From the NCBI GenBank assembly GCA_052279835.1, contig CP181291.1, positions 2,688,001 to 2,752,000 of the forward strand: DNA of 64,000 nt, given 5' to 3'. Numbering within the stretch: the stretch's first letter is position 1; every line of letters starts with the position of its first letter. Of the stretch, positions 11,390-21,886 are shown in pieces. The notes below the pieces were generated by a model, which worked only from the letters and a program-made list of their open reading frames with translations, was not told the DNA's origin and did not search any database. This stretch comes from Microcoleus sp. Lineage in GTDB: Bacteria; Cyanobacteriota; Cyanobacteriia; Cyanobacteriales; Microcoleaceae. A program made the translations under genes and the position numbers.

Positions 11390-12670
11390 TTACGATCGGA
11401 CCCTGGCTTCGGTTTCGTCGATTGTGCCGACATCTTCTGCCTCCGATGAACTTTCCTGGTCCTCCTGGAATTCTGCTTCTTCCTCTGCTGCTAGTCGATC
11501 GAGTGTAGTCTCTTCTGCTGCCAATTTACTGTCTTCTGCCTCACGATCGTACTTAGCAATATCTTTGATATCGATTTTCCAACCTGTGAGGCGGGCTGCG
11601 AGGCGGACGTTTTGACCTTCTTTACCGATCGCCAGACTAAGTTGGTCTTCAGCGACCAAAATGTGTGCTCGCCTGCCTTCTGGCGCAACTAAACGCACTT
11701 CATCTACCCTAGCCGGACTCAGAGCATTAGCAATATAAGTTGCGGGGTCTGGAGACCAGCGAATCACATCGATTTTTTCCCCCCGCAATTCGTTAACTAC
11801 TACCTGAATCCGCGATCCCCGCGCTCCGATGCAGGCTCCTACGGGGTCTACGTCTCGATCGAGAGTATCAACTGCTATTTTAGTCCGGGGACCGACGTGA
11901 CGGGAAGGGGGATTTGCCTCTCTAGCTACGGCAACAATTCTCACCACTCCGTCTTCTATTTCGGGCACTTCGTTGGCAAATAAATAAACTACCAAACCTG
12001 CGTCTGCTCTAGAGACAAGTAACTGCGGTCCTCTAGTAGAGCCTTCGCCTACTTTTTTGAGGTACACCTTAAATGTAGCATTGGCGCGGTAATTATCATT
12101 GGGCAACTGTTCGCGCTTCGGGAGTTCGGCATCTACTTCTGGCTGACCAAAACTGCTAGTGACTGCTAAAATTACCGACTGTCTCTCAAACCTGAGCACT
12201 CTTGCTTGAAGAACAGTTTCTTCTAAATCTTTAAACTCTTCTTGAATCATTTTGCGCTGTTGGTCGCGCAGTTTTTGAGCCAGCACTTGTTTAGTCTGGA
12301 TGGCTGCCATCCGACCAAATTCTTTTTGATTTGGCGTTACGTCTACCAGCACGATGCTACCCGGTTGAGCTTCTGTGGCTACTTCCTGCACTTCGGAAAG
12401 TGCTATTTCGTGATCGGGATTGACGACTTCTTCGACAATAGTTTTGTTGGCTAAAACGCGAAAACCTTCTTGTTCTGCATCTAGTTCTACATCAAAATTA
12501 TCAAAGTATTCTTCACTGAAATGGTCTAATTTTTGGGTGCGACGGTAGCGTTCGTATCCTTTGAGGAGGGCTTCTCGTAAGGCTGCTTGAACTGCGTGTT
12601 TGGGCAAGTTTCTTTCTTTGCTAATACCTTCGACCATTTCTTTGAGTCCGGGCAGAGGAACCATTGACAT
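11390..12670 (-). CDS. nusA: Transcription termination/antitermination factor NusA (start moved to MSMVPLPG)
   Basis: FGRMAAIQTKQV, VDPVGACIGARGSRI, SLAIGKEGQNVRLAARLTGWKIDI. Confidence 0.97.
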   Translation of the reverse strand: MSMVPLPGLKEMVEGISKERNLPKHAVQAALREALLKGYERYRRTQKLDHFSEEYFDNFDVELDAEQEGFRVLANKTIVEEVVNPDHEIALSEVQEVATEAQPGSIVLVDVTPNQKEFGRMAAIQTKQVLAQKLRDQQRKMIQEEFKDLEETVLQARVLRFERQSVILAVTSSFGQPEVDAELPKREQLPNDNYRANATFKVYLKKVGEGSTRGPQLLVSRADAGLVVYLFANEVPEIEDGVVRIVAVAREANPPSRHVGPRTKIAVDTLDRDVDPVGACIGARGSRIQVVVNELRGEKIDVIRWSPDPATYIANALSPARVDEVRLVAPEGRRAHILVAEDQLSLAIGKEGQNVRLAARLTGWKIDIKDIAKYDREAEDSKLAAEETTLDRLAAEEEAEFQEDQESSSEAEDVGTIDETEARVRS

Positions 12671-12812
12671 ATAAAACACTCCTTTTTGTAATTGGGTAAT
12701 CGGGCCTTGGGCAGTTGTGCCCCGCCTAGTCGAAGTATCGGTAATCGGCAATTGCCGAGGGTAAATTATGAGTGATGAGGGATTAGGTGAACTCAAGACT
12801 CAAAACTTCCTT

Positions 12813-13280
12813 TTACATCTCTTTTCCTTCGTCTAGTTCAACTTTGGCAATCTGAAGACGGGGAATTTTAATTTGTCGTCCTTTTTGATTGAGATAAACT
12901 GTTGTTTCATCGCGACCCACCAGTAGTCCTTTCCACTCTTTGATTCGCGATTCCGGTTCGGTGGCTTTGACTGTGACGGGGAAACCTTTAAAGGTAATGA
13001 ATTCTCGATCGCTGCTGAGCAATCGGGATATACCAGGACTGGAAATCTCTAGCACGTAGGCATCGGGTATGATGTCGGCTGCGTCTAATTCTGGTTCGAG
13101 AGCTATGCTCATCCGCTCGCAGTCGGCTAAACCGATGTCTTGCTGGACGTTGCGGATGTCTATCCGTAAGACTGGTGGATTTTGGTTGGTGTGAAACACT
13201 GCTCCCACTACTTCCAATCCCAGTGTTTCGGCAACGGGGGTAGCTAAGTCAATGATTTGTGGGATTAGGGGATGAGTCAT
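12813..13280 (-). CDS. rimP: Ribosome maturation factor RimP
   Basis: DCERMS...[12 protein letters not shown]; first gene of the operon. Confidence 0.95.
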   Translation of the reverse strand: MTHPLIPQIIDLATPVAETLGLEVVGAVFHTNQNPPVLRIDIRNVQQDIGLADCERMSIALEPELDAADIIPDAYVLEISSPGISRLLSSDREFITFKGFPVTVKATEPESRIKEWKGLLVGRDETTVYLNQKGRQIKIPRLQIAKVELDEGKEM

Positions 13281-13383
13281 ATTGAATATTTAAGCTAAAA
13301 CTCCTGAACTCGGACACGGGCCTGGATCAGTCCTAAACTTGCAAGTCTGATGCCCTGAGCTTTTTTCCTGCGACTAATGCAAC

Positions 13384-13406
13384 AAAAAAAGTGGGCTTGA
13401 CCCACT
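13384..13406 (-). terminator. rimP leader attenuator-like terminator
   Basis: Minus strand AGTGGG-TCAAG-CCCACT-TTTTTT about 105 nt upstream of rimP. Confidence 0.65.
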
Positions 13407-13905
13407 GCTTCATAAAACTTACCTAGACTTACCCAAAGCTATCCTTTGGATAATTAGTGTTCACTTCCTACGCTGTTGGGTGGTCGGCCATCCCAAGATA
13501 AGTAGGCTAGCCCCCTCAAGCCGAGGGTTGTTTCCAGTTGAAAATGTTCTCTCCTGGCGTTTAAATCGCGGTAAATTGACATACCACAAACAGGACTATC
13601 ATCAGTCCTGAGACTCAGTAGTGAAGTTTGAGAACTATCTCCGGTATCAAATATTGCACAATTGTCAAAAAGTTTTTGAGGGGCGGGCCATAAGATCCCC
13701 ACTCCACAAGCAAATTTACTTTTTGTGCAACAAGCATTTTGCCTGTTGGCAACAGAGGTACAAGCTTTGAGTTCGATCGCAGTTAATCTCAAATCTCAGT
13801 TTAGCTCGATCGCCCGCCCAGTGACAAACCCCGTTGGGATCTCGGCGATTCGCCGACGGGGGGGAGTGGGGACAGAAGCGGGAAAATCTTCCATCTTCCA
13901 TCTTC

Positions 13906-15357
13906 CTAACGCGGGGCTATGCGTTGCAGTTCTTTGGCTTGTTCTAAAATTTTCTCGAAGTCTTCTTCACTCAACCGCTGGATGTAGTTGATTTTAAACT
14001 CTTCCAGGAAGTCGCAAAGCAACATTTGTATTTCTTGCCAAGTTTGCTGCTGTTGCAGTTCAGCTCCCAAAGCTTGCCCGAAATGCTGGACTAGCTGGCC
14101 TGAGAGTTTGGTTCCTATAGGGTCTTCGCTGGCGATTTTGAAGGCTTCGTAGGCATCTTGGGGACCGAGTGTGGCTAGTTTCGAGAGTTCTGCCACTAAT
14201 TGCTCTGCTAGCTGTGCAGGCAGGTTTCCCAATCCGGGTACTTGCTTCCATCCTTGATAAAGGGGGGATTGTTTGAGAAATAGTTCTATATTGTAACGCA
14301 GGAGGGCTTCTAGGTCTGGCTGGAGTTGAGGGAGGACTTTGTAGACGGTGATTTGGACTAAATGAGTGGCGATCGCTTCTATTTCGTTGATATTATTAAT
14401 GTCTAAATATCGCTGTTTCTGAGATTGAAAAAGTTGCTTGGCTAGTTCGCCACTACTAATTGATTGTTGCATCTGGTTGATGAGCTGAATTACCACTACT
14501 TCTGTTAATTCTTGGGCAAAGTTGGCGACGAAACCCCGGCTGATTTGGGTGCGAATGGGTTGGAGATCCGGCATTTTGGCTTGGTGGATGCGGATGGTGA
14601 CAGTTAATACTCGCAATAGTCGCCAGCATGGGATCAGCATGAAAATGTCGTACCACCGCCAGAGCATGGCTGCCCGCCAAGTGACGCTGCGGTGGCGGCG
14701 ACTGATGGTGTAGGTGCGGGCTAAAAATTCGATCGCAAATATGAGAATAAATGGGAGGTCAATTTTCCAAAAATTGTCGGTAAATTCGCCGTTTTCTCCG
14801 ATCGCCCGGTAATAGTTAGTGGCGATTAATGGCTTGATTTTGGCATCAAACCAGTTGATTTCTGTTGGCCAACCTTGTCTGGTTAAATAGTCTTGGCTCC
14901 AGAATGTTTTGAATGATTGTTTGGCAGAGTCTTCTGGGTTGGGAGCGCGATCGCGGATTCTGTCTTTAATTTTTTCTAGCGTGCCGCTTTTTGATGCTAC
15001 TCGAAAGGGGTCTTCGTCGATCATTTTGGCACTCAGATTGTCTAGTTCCTGCAATTTAGCTGTTACTTGAGGAGAGGCTAAGCCTGTTTGCACTACTTGA
15101 TTTTTTAATTCATCTAAGCTTTCTAGATATTTTTGGGTATCTCGGTGGGGTTGAATTCCTTTAAATGGATCGTAGACTTGGGTGAGGAGGGGCAGTTGCC
15201 GGCAGTAGAAATCGCGCCACGGAACGTAACTGATGTCAAATAATACTAGGCTTAAATTTCCGAGTGCTATCAAGGCCATTAAGCGCTCGAACCACGGTAT
15301 TTTGGGAGATTTTTTGGGGGATTTGGAATTTTTAGATGGCTGAAGTTTGAGTGTCAT
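13906..15357 (-). CDS. Conserved cyanobacterial membrane protein of unknown function
   Basis: 483-aa ORF with TM segments (WFERLMALIA, FILIFAIEFL, WRLLRVL) and helical C-terminus. Confidence 0.75.
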   Translation of the reverse strand: MTLKLQPSKNSKSPKKSPKIPWFERLMALIALGNLSLVLFDISYVPWRDFYCRQLPLLTQVYDPFKGIQPHRDTQKYLESLDELKNQVVQTGLASPQVTAKLQELDNLSAKMIDEDPFRVASKSGTLEKIKDRIRDRAPNPEDSAKQSFKTFWSQDYLTRQGWPTEINWFDAKIKPLIATNYYRAIGENGEFTDNFWKIDLPFILIFAIEFLARTYTISRRHRSVTWRAAMLWRWYDIFMLIPCWRLLRVLTVTIRIHQAKMPDLQPIRTQISRGFVANFAQELTEVVVIQLINQMQQSISSGELAKQLFQSQKQRYLDINNINEIEAIATHLVQITVYKVLPQLQPDLEALLRYNIELFLKQSPLYQGWKQVPGLGNLPAQLAEQLVAELSKLATLGPQDAYEAFKIASEDPIGTKLSGQLVQHFGQALGAELQQQQTWQEIQMLLCDFLEEFKINYIQRLSEEDFEKILEQAKELQRIAPR

Positions 15358-16104
15358 TCTATTTGGTCGTTTGGATGATAAATTGGGGATATTTCAAAAA
15401 ACTAGGCTCAATTATTTCAGGTCATTAACTGCTGTTTTTACTCCATAATAACTGCGTGGTTTTATTAAATTATACTAGAATTATTTTGAGGTATCATACT
15501 TTTGGTATTTTTTTAAAAATTGTGGCATTTGGTAAAATTTATTGTTAACAATAATACATATATTCACAGAAAACATAGAAAGCAACTAAGCCGATAGGTA
15601 GGATTTATTAATGCCTATTTGTAACAGTACAATTAGATATTTTAGGCAATGACAAATTTCTGGGGGGTCGATCAGAAGTGGGCGCTCCTATTGGAATTAC
15701 TCTGGATAGATGAGTTGACCTGATTGTTTTATTGTACTCAGGATGGGAGCGATCGAGTATGGTGTCTGTTTTAGGCTCTACAGGCTGGCAGTGGCAAAAA
15801 TTGAAAGTAGTTGGGGCGATGGGCCTTTTTGACTGCTAAATGACAACTGGTTGGGATGAAGCTCTGTTTGTGGAATATACTGCATCGATCAAGCTTCGGT
15901 GTCAAACTGGGACTCTGAGTTTGAGGTAAAAGGCTCAAGAGAGCTATACTTGCTGTGGGGCAGTCTGGCGAGAACTCCCCTCAGCTTACCCCAGGCAGCC
16001 TCTGTGCTGATGTTCTGAGTTTTGCGCCCAAAAAAACAGCTCGCGATCGCACTCTTGAATAAAAGGACACTCTGAGTATAATTTTGTTCACCCGTTTTTA
16101 ATAT

Positions 16105-17610
16105 ATGACCTACTGCCTTAATCTCGATTGCCCAAAAGACAAGCGTCAGAACCCACCAGGCACGAAGTATTGTCTTAATTGCGGTTCTAAATTGCTGCTA
16201 AAAGACCTTTATGCAGCAACTGAACCGCTGCGCGATGGGGGATTTGGCAGAACTTTTCGGGCTGTTAATCACGGGAAGTTTGAAGAAATGTGCGTAATCA
16301 AACAGTTGTCGCCACCACAGGAATTTCAGCGGAAACCGAGTCATTTTAAAAAGTATGTCAGGTTGTTTGAACAAGAAGCAAGACGGCTCTATGAACTCAA
16401 ACATCCCCAAATCCCACAGTTAATTTCTTATTTTGAGGAAGATGGGCGCTTGTATTTAGTACAAGAGTTTATTGATGGCAATAACTTAAAGGATGAGTTA
16501 GAAAAATATGGTGCTTATAGCGAAATTAAAACTAGAGAACTGCTCTTAGATTTGTTGCCTTTGCTGAATTTTGTTCATGAGCGGAATGTAATTCACCGCG
16601 ATATTAAGCCGGAAAACGTGATTCGCCGCAATCGCGATCGCAAATTGGTACTGATCGATTTTGGGGTTTCTAAACAGGTAGTAGCAGCAGCTCCTAGCCA
16701 AGCAGGAACTAAGTTGGGAACTCCGGGCTATGCGGCTCTAGAACAGCGGCACGGTAAGGCTGTTCCTGCTAGCGACCTTTACAGTTTGGGGGTGACTTGC
16801 ATTCGCTTGCTGACTTCTGTGATGCCTTATTTGGATATCTACGGAGACATTCATGATGACCTTTATGACCCCCTAGAAGGTCGCTGGCTGTGGAGGGAGG
16901 CTTTGCCTAAAGGTACAAAGATTAGCCAAGATTTAGGGCAGATTTTGGATAAGTTGATTCAGGAGTATGTTAAAGACCGCTATAAATCGGCTCTGGAAGT
17001 TTTGGAGGTTTTAAGACCTACTTCTGTGGTTGTTGTACCATCAGTGCCCAAGTCGCAGCAACCAACAGTTGTTGTTAGTCCTTCTATACCCACTCAACCG
17101 GTAACTCAAACTCCGCTAGTTTCCGTTAATTTAGAATCGGAAAAAGGTATTGATTATTCTCTATTGGAAAGACTGCTGACTGAGAAAAATTGGCGTGCTG
17201 CGGATGAGGAAACTTCTGTGAAAATGTTGGAGGTGATGGAGCAAACCTCAAGAGGTTATTTGAGTGAGGAAGATATTAGGAAGTTTCCGGGTAAGGATTT
17301 ACAGACTATCGACCAACTTTGGGTGCGTCACAGTCATCGCCGATTCGGTTTTTCGGTGCAAAAGGGTCTGTGGGTAAAGTCTGGTGGAAAGCCTGGAGTT
17401 TATGATGCTACTGTTTGGGAAAAGTTTGGCGATCGTGTGGGATGGCGGATTAATAATCAATGGGTATACTATTCGGAGATAAATTTTACTTCTAAGGCGA
17501 AGCCTGGACATTTGCCTGGTGGGACTGTTTTTGGATGGGAAGGTGGGGTTTTGTGCGGTGTTTTGGGTTTGGGTGGGATTTGGTTTTTGTTGTCACGGCG
17601 AGATGTGTAA
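16105..17610 (+). CDS. Ser/Thr protein kinase (Pkn2-type, N-terminal Zn ribbon) with C-terminal GUN4 domain
   Basis: YCLNLDC/YCLNCG, GGFGRTF, HRDIKPEN, DFG; GUN4 motifs WRAADEET, IDQLW...FGFSVQK, PGHLP. Confidence 0.93.
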   Translation: MTYCLNLDCPKDKRQNPPGTKYCLNCGSKLLLKDLYAATEPLRDGGFGRTFRAVNHGKFEEMCVIKQLSPPQEFQRKPSHFKKYVRLFEQEARRLYELKHPQIPQLISYFEEDGRLYLVQEFIDGNNLKDELEKYGAYSEIKTRELLLDLLPLLNFVHERNVIHRDIKPENVIRRNRDRKLVLIDFGVSKQVVAAAPSQAGTKLGTPGYAALEQRHGKAVPASDLYSLGVTCIRLLTSVMPYLDIYGDIHDDLYDPLEGRWLWREALPKGTKISQDLGQILDKLIQEYVKDRYKSALEVLEVLRPTSVVVVPSVPKSQQPTVVVSPSIPTQPVTQTPLVSVNLESEKGIDYSLLERLLTEKNWRAADEETSVKMLEVMEQTSRGYLSEEDIRKFPGKDLQTIDQLWVRHSHRRFGFSVQKGLWVKSGGKPGVYDATVWEKFGDRVGWRINNQWVYYSEINFTSKAKPGHLPGGTVFGWEGGVLCGVLGLGGIWFLLSRRDV

Positions 17611-17770
17611 TTATTGGTTATTGGTTATTGGTTATTGGTTATTGGTTATTGGTTATTTGTTATTTGTTATTGGTTATTTGTTATTGGTTATTTGTTATTC
17701 CCAATTCCCAATTCCCAATTCCCCATTCCCCATTCCCAATTCCCCATTCCCCATTCCCAATTCCCCATTC
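17611..17770. repeat. Heptamer STRR arrays (TTATTGG/TTATTTG)n followed by (CCCAATT/CCCCATT)n
   Basis: Read directly; the two arrays are partly complementary. Confidence 0.92.
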
Positions 17771-17958
17771 GCCTAAATGATGTGTTTTTTATAAATGAGC
17801 TATAAAAATAAGCAGCAAATAAGATATAATCACAAACTATTTTTTTGTGATATGTTTTGAGAGAAGGGCAAGTTTACAAAGTCAAAATCCAGTCCTCAGC
17901 GCTGTCTCAGCATGGTTGACTGGCTTTGGCTCCCATTGAAAAAGGAGATATATCTATT

Positions 17959-18138
17959 ATGCTGCAAGAAAAATGTCTGAAGCCGTGGACTGTGGTTCGA
18001 TCGCTTCCGAATTTGGAAAAGGTGGTTGTAGGTCAGTTTCGTAGTTGGTCTGATGCAGACGGTCACTTGCAAATTCTCAAGCGCATGGTTCCGGCCGACA
18101 GGTTGACTGTTGTGTTCGATCCTGTAGTTCCAGCCTGA
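17959..18138 (+). CDS. Small cyanobacterial protein (PW-x-V-VR...FRxxxDAxGHLxxL...VFDP family)
   Basis: AAGGAG RBS at 17942; a decayed paralog lies at 29345-29458. Confidence 0.7.
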   Translation: MLQEKCLKPWTVVRSLPNLEKVVVGQFRSWSDADGHLQILKRMVPADRLTVVFDPVVPA

Positions 18139-18379
18139 TCCACTACGCACTGATAACTTTGGCGAGGCAAACAAGACCCTTCGTAGCTGTATACACACAT
18201 TTACCAAAATATAGCGTGCATTAGGTAGATACTGCGAAGGTGGAGGAACAGGAGCAGAGTTTCCCACCCGATAAATGGGAGTCTCCTTTGGAGATTGTCT
18301 CTTTCCTAAAAACTGGAATTGTGAGAATTTTTAGATGTGGGTGATTGACAGTTGCCCACATTTGTTTACTCAATCAATG

Positions 18380-18485
18380 ATATCGTTTCCGGTTGTATTG
18401 GAATGATTTAACCTTACTAGAACACAGAGGACACAGAGGGAGAGAATAGAGATCTGAATAATTCAGATGCTACGGGATTTGATAT
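18380..18485. repeat. MITE-like element, family C
   Basis: ATATCGTTTCCGGTTGTAT...GGATTTGATAT ends shared with 41443-41558 and 60319-60454. Confidence 0.65.
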
Positions 18486-18580
18486 GATTAGAGGGTTGGC
18501 CGATCGACTGTCAGTAGCCACAGTGGTCTGGAAAAGAAAACGCTAACATAAAAGAAATTATACAATTTCGGAGTTAATAC

Positions 18581-19192
18581 TTGACACTTCCACAAGGCCG
18601 CGAAAGCGTCCTAGATTGGCTCAGAGACCACGTTCCTGCTGCTCGCATCACACATATTCTCGGAGTCGAGCAATCCGCAGGTGACTTGGCTCGACTTTAC
18701 GGCCTCGATGAAGCTAAAGCTCGATCGGCCGGATTGTTGCATGATTTGGCAAAATACTTCAAACCTCAACTGCTACTGGAAATGGCAAAGGGGGAAGGTT
18801 TAGAGCTAGACTCGGTGTTAATAGCGCACCCACACCTGCTACACGCAGATGTCAGCGCCATTGTCGCCAGAGATGAGTTTGGGGTGGTCGATCGAGAAAT
18901 ATTGGACGCAATTGCTAACCATACCCTCGGCAGACCAAATATGAGTCAGCTCAGTTGTACCGTATTTGTAGCGGATACGATCGAGCCTAGCCGCGGTAAC
19001 ACCCCCGAACTAGAAGCGCTGCGTTGGGCAAGCGTGCAAAATCTTTATGCCGCCGTCTGGCAAGCCAGCGATTATGCTCTTAAATATTTGCTAGAAACTC
19101 GGTGCTACATCCACCCGCGGACGGTACTTACCCGCAATTGGGCGCTGCAAATGACTAGAGCTAAAGAAACAAGAAATTTGACGGAGGAGTAG
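18581..19192 (+). CDS. yqeK: HD-domain Ap4A hydrolase YqeK
   Basis: RITHILGV, GLLHDLAK, LLHA, AIANHTLG, VADTIEPSRG; upstream of rsfS. Confidence 0.9.
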   Translation: MTLPQGRESVLDWLRDHVPAARITHILGVEQSAGDLARLYGLDEAKARSAGLLHDLAKYFKPQLLLEMAKGEGLELDSVLIAHPHLLHADVSAIVARDEFGVVDREILDAIANHTLGRPNMSQLSCTVFVADTIEPSRGNTPELEALRWASVQNLYAAVWQASDYALKYLLETRCYIHPRTVLTRNWALQMTRAKETRNLTEE

Positions 19193-19577
19193 ATAGCACC
19201 AATCACAAGTTAAAAGCAAAATTTACAAATTGAAGCTGACAGGTAGTTGCAGCTTAACACCAGCTTTCAATTTTTGGTGACTGATTGTCTATTATAATAA
19301 GTAGCAATTATCTCAAAAAACGACTACCCAAGACAGTCTAATGCTCAAAGGTCAAAAAATACTCTGTCCCCAAAAAGATCTGTGAGCCTTAACAGAATCT
19401 ACCAAAATCATCGTAGAACAACTGCTGCAATTATCAAACAACCTGTTGAAAGTTGTCACCTATGAGACCCACAGAAATAATTTACTGATGGTCATCCACT
19501 CAAATCAAGAAATCGAAAGTTTCATCAAACTCAAGGGAGATCGTCAATTAGCCCTTACTTAGGAACTTAAACACTGA

Positions 19578-20003
19578 ATGTCAGATAGAACCCAACTCGA
19601 ATATACCTTGGCTCAGTCTACAGCCACTCCAGGTGCATCCCCAGACCCAACTCGCCCCCTAGCTTTGACCATTGCCCGTGCTGCCGAAGACCGCAAAGGG
19701 GATGATATTGTCTTGCTTCGGGTATCAGAAGTGTGCTACTTAGCAGATTACTTTGCGATCATCACCGGATTTTCCAACGTGCAGGTACGAGCTATCTCCC
19801 AAGCGATCGCCGACCAAGTAGAAGCAGAATGGGAACGCTTGCCACTGCGCATAGAAGGGCAATCAGATGCCAGTTGGGTAGTGATGGACTACGGCGACGT
19901 GATCGTCCACATATTGAAACCTCAAGAGCGTGAATTCTACAATTTAGAAGCGTTCTGGGGACACGCCGAACGCATTGACTTTTCTGTCGCGCCGAGAGGA
20001 TAG
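19578..20003 (+). CDS. rsfS: Ribosome silencing factor RsfS (Iojap)
   Basis: AAEDRKGDDI, WVVMDYGDVIVHI, REFYNLEAFWG. Confidence 0.95.
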   Translation: MSDRTQLEYTLAQSTATPGASPDPTRPLALTIARAAEDRKGDDIVLLRVSEVCYLADYFAIITGFSNVQVRAISQAIADQVEAEWERLPLRIEGQSDASWVVMDYGDVIVHILKPQEREFYNLEAFWGHAERIDFSVAPRG

Positions 20004-20008
20004 CTAAT

Positions 20009-20509
20009 GTGAAAGACACTTCTGTTTCTATTTGTCCTGTTCCGCAAGAACAGCGACCACTCAATGAATACCAAGAACTCAAAGAGTCCTGGTTTTTTAG
20101 TTGGGCAACTCTCACTTGGTCTGAGTATTTGGCAAAACTGGCTTGGGTATGGGGTTGGAGTTGCTTGGTATCCGGGCCGATAGCTGCTGCGAGCTTTGTT
20201 CCGGTCAAGTATCCAGTTCAGTTTGCCCTCAGTGGTGCCGCTGGTGCCACTTTTATTCTAGGATTAGCTTTGCTGCGACTGTACTTGGGTTGGTTCTATG
20301 TGCGATCGCGCCTTTCTAACCCCACAGTCGTTTACGAAGAATCTGGCTGGTATGACGGTCAATCCTGGGTGAAAACTCCTGAAGTCTTGCTTCAAGACCA
20401 GTTAATTGTCAACTACCAACTAGAACCAATTCTGAAGCGTCTGCGGCAGACATTTTATGGTTTGACGGTATTCCTGTTTGCCGGGGGAGTAATTTGGAGT
20501 TGTTTGTAA
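20009..20509 (+). CDS. ycf36: CGLD27/Ycf36 (DUF1230) membrane protein
   Basis: CPVPQEQRPLNEY, VVYEESGWYDGQSWVK. Confidence 0.9.
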   Translation: MKDTSVSICPVPQEQRPLNEYQELKESWFFSWATLTWSEYLAKLAWVWGWSCLVSGPIAAASFVPVKYPVQFALSGAAGATFILGLALLRLYLGWFYVRSRLSNPTVVYEESGWYDGQSWVKTPEVLLQDQLIVNYQLEPILKRLRQTFYGLTVFLFAGGVIWSCL

Positions 20510-20666
20510 TCGGCAATGGGTGCTGGGGGATTATGAGTTTTGAGCGATCGGTCTTGGCTGCAAGATCCAATTTGTAACTGACAAATCGCAACTGATAAAT
20601 TACACTCGCAATTCATAAATTCCTCAAGCCCAATCTAAAATCTAAACTCTAAAATCTAAAATTGAT

Positions 20667-21620
20667 ATGACAAGGGGAAAACGAACCCAAGCTCCAGAAC
20701 TGGAAGTCAGACTGCTGCGCGAAGGTATTGTGGAATCTAAGCACCGGGTCCAGGCTGCTGTCTGCGACAATCGCGGCCGCGTTTTGTCCGTTGCTGGTAA
20801 CTCGGAAACGGCAACCTTTGTCCGTTCTTCACTCAAACCTTTTCAAGCTTTGGCTGTGACAGCGACCGGTACTTTAGAACGCTACGAACTCACGGATCGA
20901 GACTTAGCGATTATGTGCAGTTCTCATCAAGGTACGATCGAGCAATCGCGACAGGTGTTTAACGTCCTGTGGCGCTGCGACATTGACCCTTCTAAACTGC
21001 AATGCCCGATTCCTGAAGGTAAAAAGAGTTCCCTGCAATACAACTGTTCCGGCAAACACGCCGGGATGCTGGCAGTCTGTCAGCAACTGCACTGGCCGCT
21101 GGAAACTTATTTGCGGCGCAAACATCCCGTCCAGCAGCTTATTTTGGGCAAGGTGGCTGACTTACTGGCAATGCCAGCCGAAGAGTTTATCAGCGCTCGC
21201 GACGACTGTGGGGCTCCTACTTATTTATTGCAGTTGGGGCAAATGGCTTCTCTCTACGCTAAGTTGGCCAGTGGTGACAATGTGGATATGGAGCGGATTA
21301 TTCGCGCTATGACTCACCACCCGATGATGGTGGCCGGTGAGGGCAAATTTGACACGGAACTGATGCGCTTGACCCAAGGGGAGTTGGTGAGCAAGTCCGG
21401 TGCCGAGGGCGTGCAGTGCATTGGCCGGGTTGGCGAAGGTATGGGTTTGGCAATTAAGGTAACAGATGGGGCAAAGCGGGCTAAATATGCTGTGGCGATT
21501 CACTTGCTCAAGCAGTTGGGGTGGATCACGGCGGCGATCGCCGAAACTCTTTCGGAAACTTACATGACTCTGAGTGAATTCAAGCGCTTGGAGGTAGTCG
21601 GGGAAGTTTCCATGCTCTAA
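20667..21620 (+). CDS. L-asparaginase II family protein
   Basis: RSSLKPFQA, NCSGKHAGML, DDCGAP, SKSGAEG. Confidence 0.92.
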   Translation: MTRGKRTQAPELEVRLLREGIVESKHRVQAAVCDNRGRVLSVAGNSETATFVRSSLKPFQALAVTATGTLERYELTDRDLAIMCSSHQGTIEQSRQVFNVLWRCDIDPSKLQCPIPEGKKSSLQYNCSGKHAGMLAVCQQLHWPLETYLRRKHPVQQLILGKVADLLAMPAEEFISARDDCGAPTYLLQLGQMASLYAKLASGDNVDMERIIRAMTHHPMMVAGEGKFDTELMRLTQGELVSKSGAEGVQCIGRVGEGMGLAIKVTDGAKRAKYAVAIHLLKQLGWITAAIAETLSETYMTLSEFKRLEVVGEVSML

Positions 21621-21735
21621 AAGTGCTGATGGCAAGCCGATTTGAGCAACCCCACCCACCCTCTCAAAAGTTTTTTTGATTTAGGGGTTGCTATTTTCCT
21701 AAAGGTATGTTTATATTAGATAAGAGAGAAAGCGA

Positions 21736-21812
<77 letters not shown>

Positions 21813-21820
21813 AATTAAAT

Positions 21821-21863
21821 AAAACAATCCCCTATAACCCAAAAGGTTATGGGGGTTTTGTTT
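21821..21863. terminator. Bidirectional terminator between tRNA-fMet and DUF2949
   Basis: CCCCTATAACC-CAAAA-GGTTATGGGGG stem with A/T flanks. Confidence 0.7.
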
Positions 21864-21886
21864 GATGAGACAAATAAATTCGAGCG

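Noticed and set aside
13454..13991. Short ORFs upstream of rimP
   Set aside because: Non-ATG starts and no recognisable protein features
17519..17805. ORFs with LVIGYW / PIPNSQF repeats
   Set aside because: Translations of non-coding heptamer arrays
19200..19570. A-rich intergenic region as the DGR template repeat
   Set aside because: No match to the GHLP or LSRRD anchor sequences; no RT in the window
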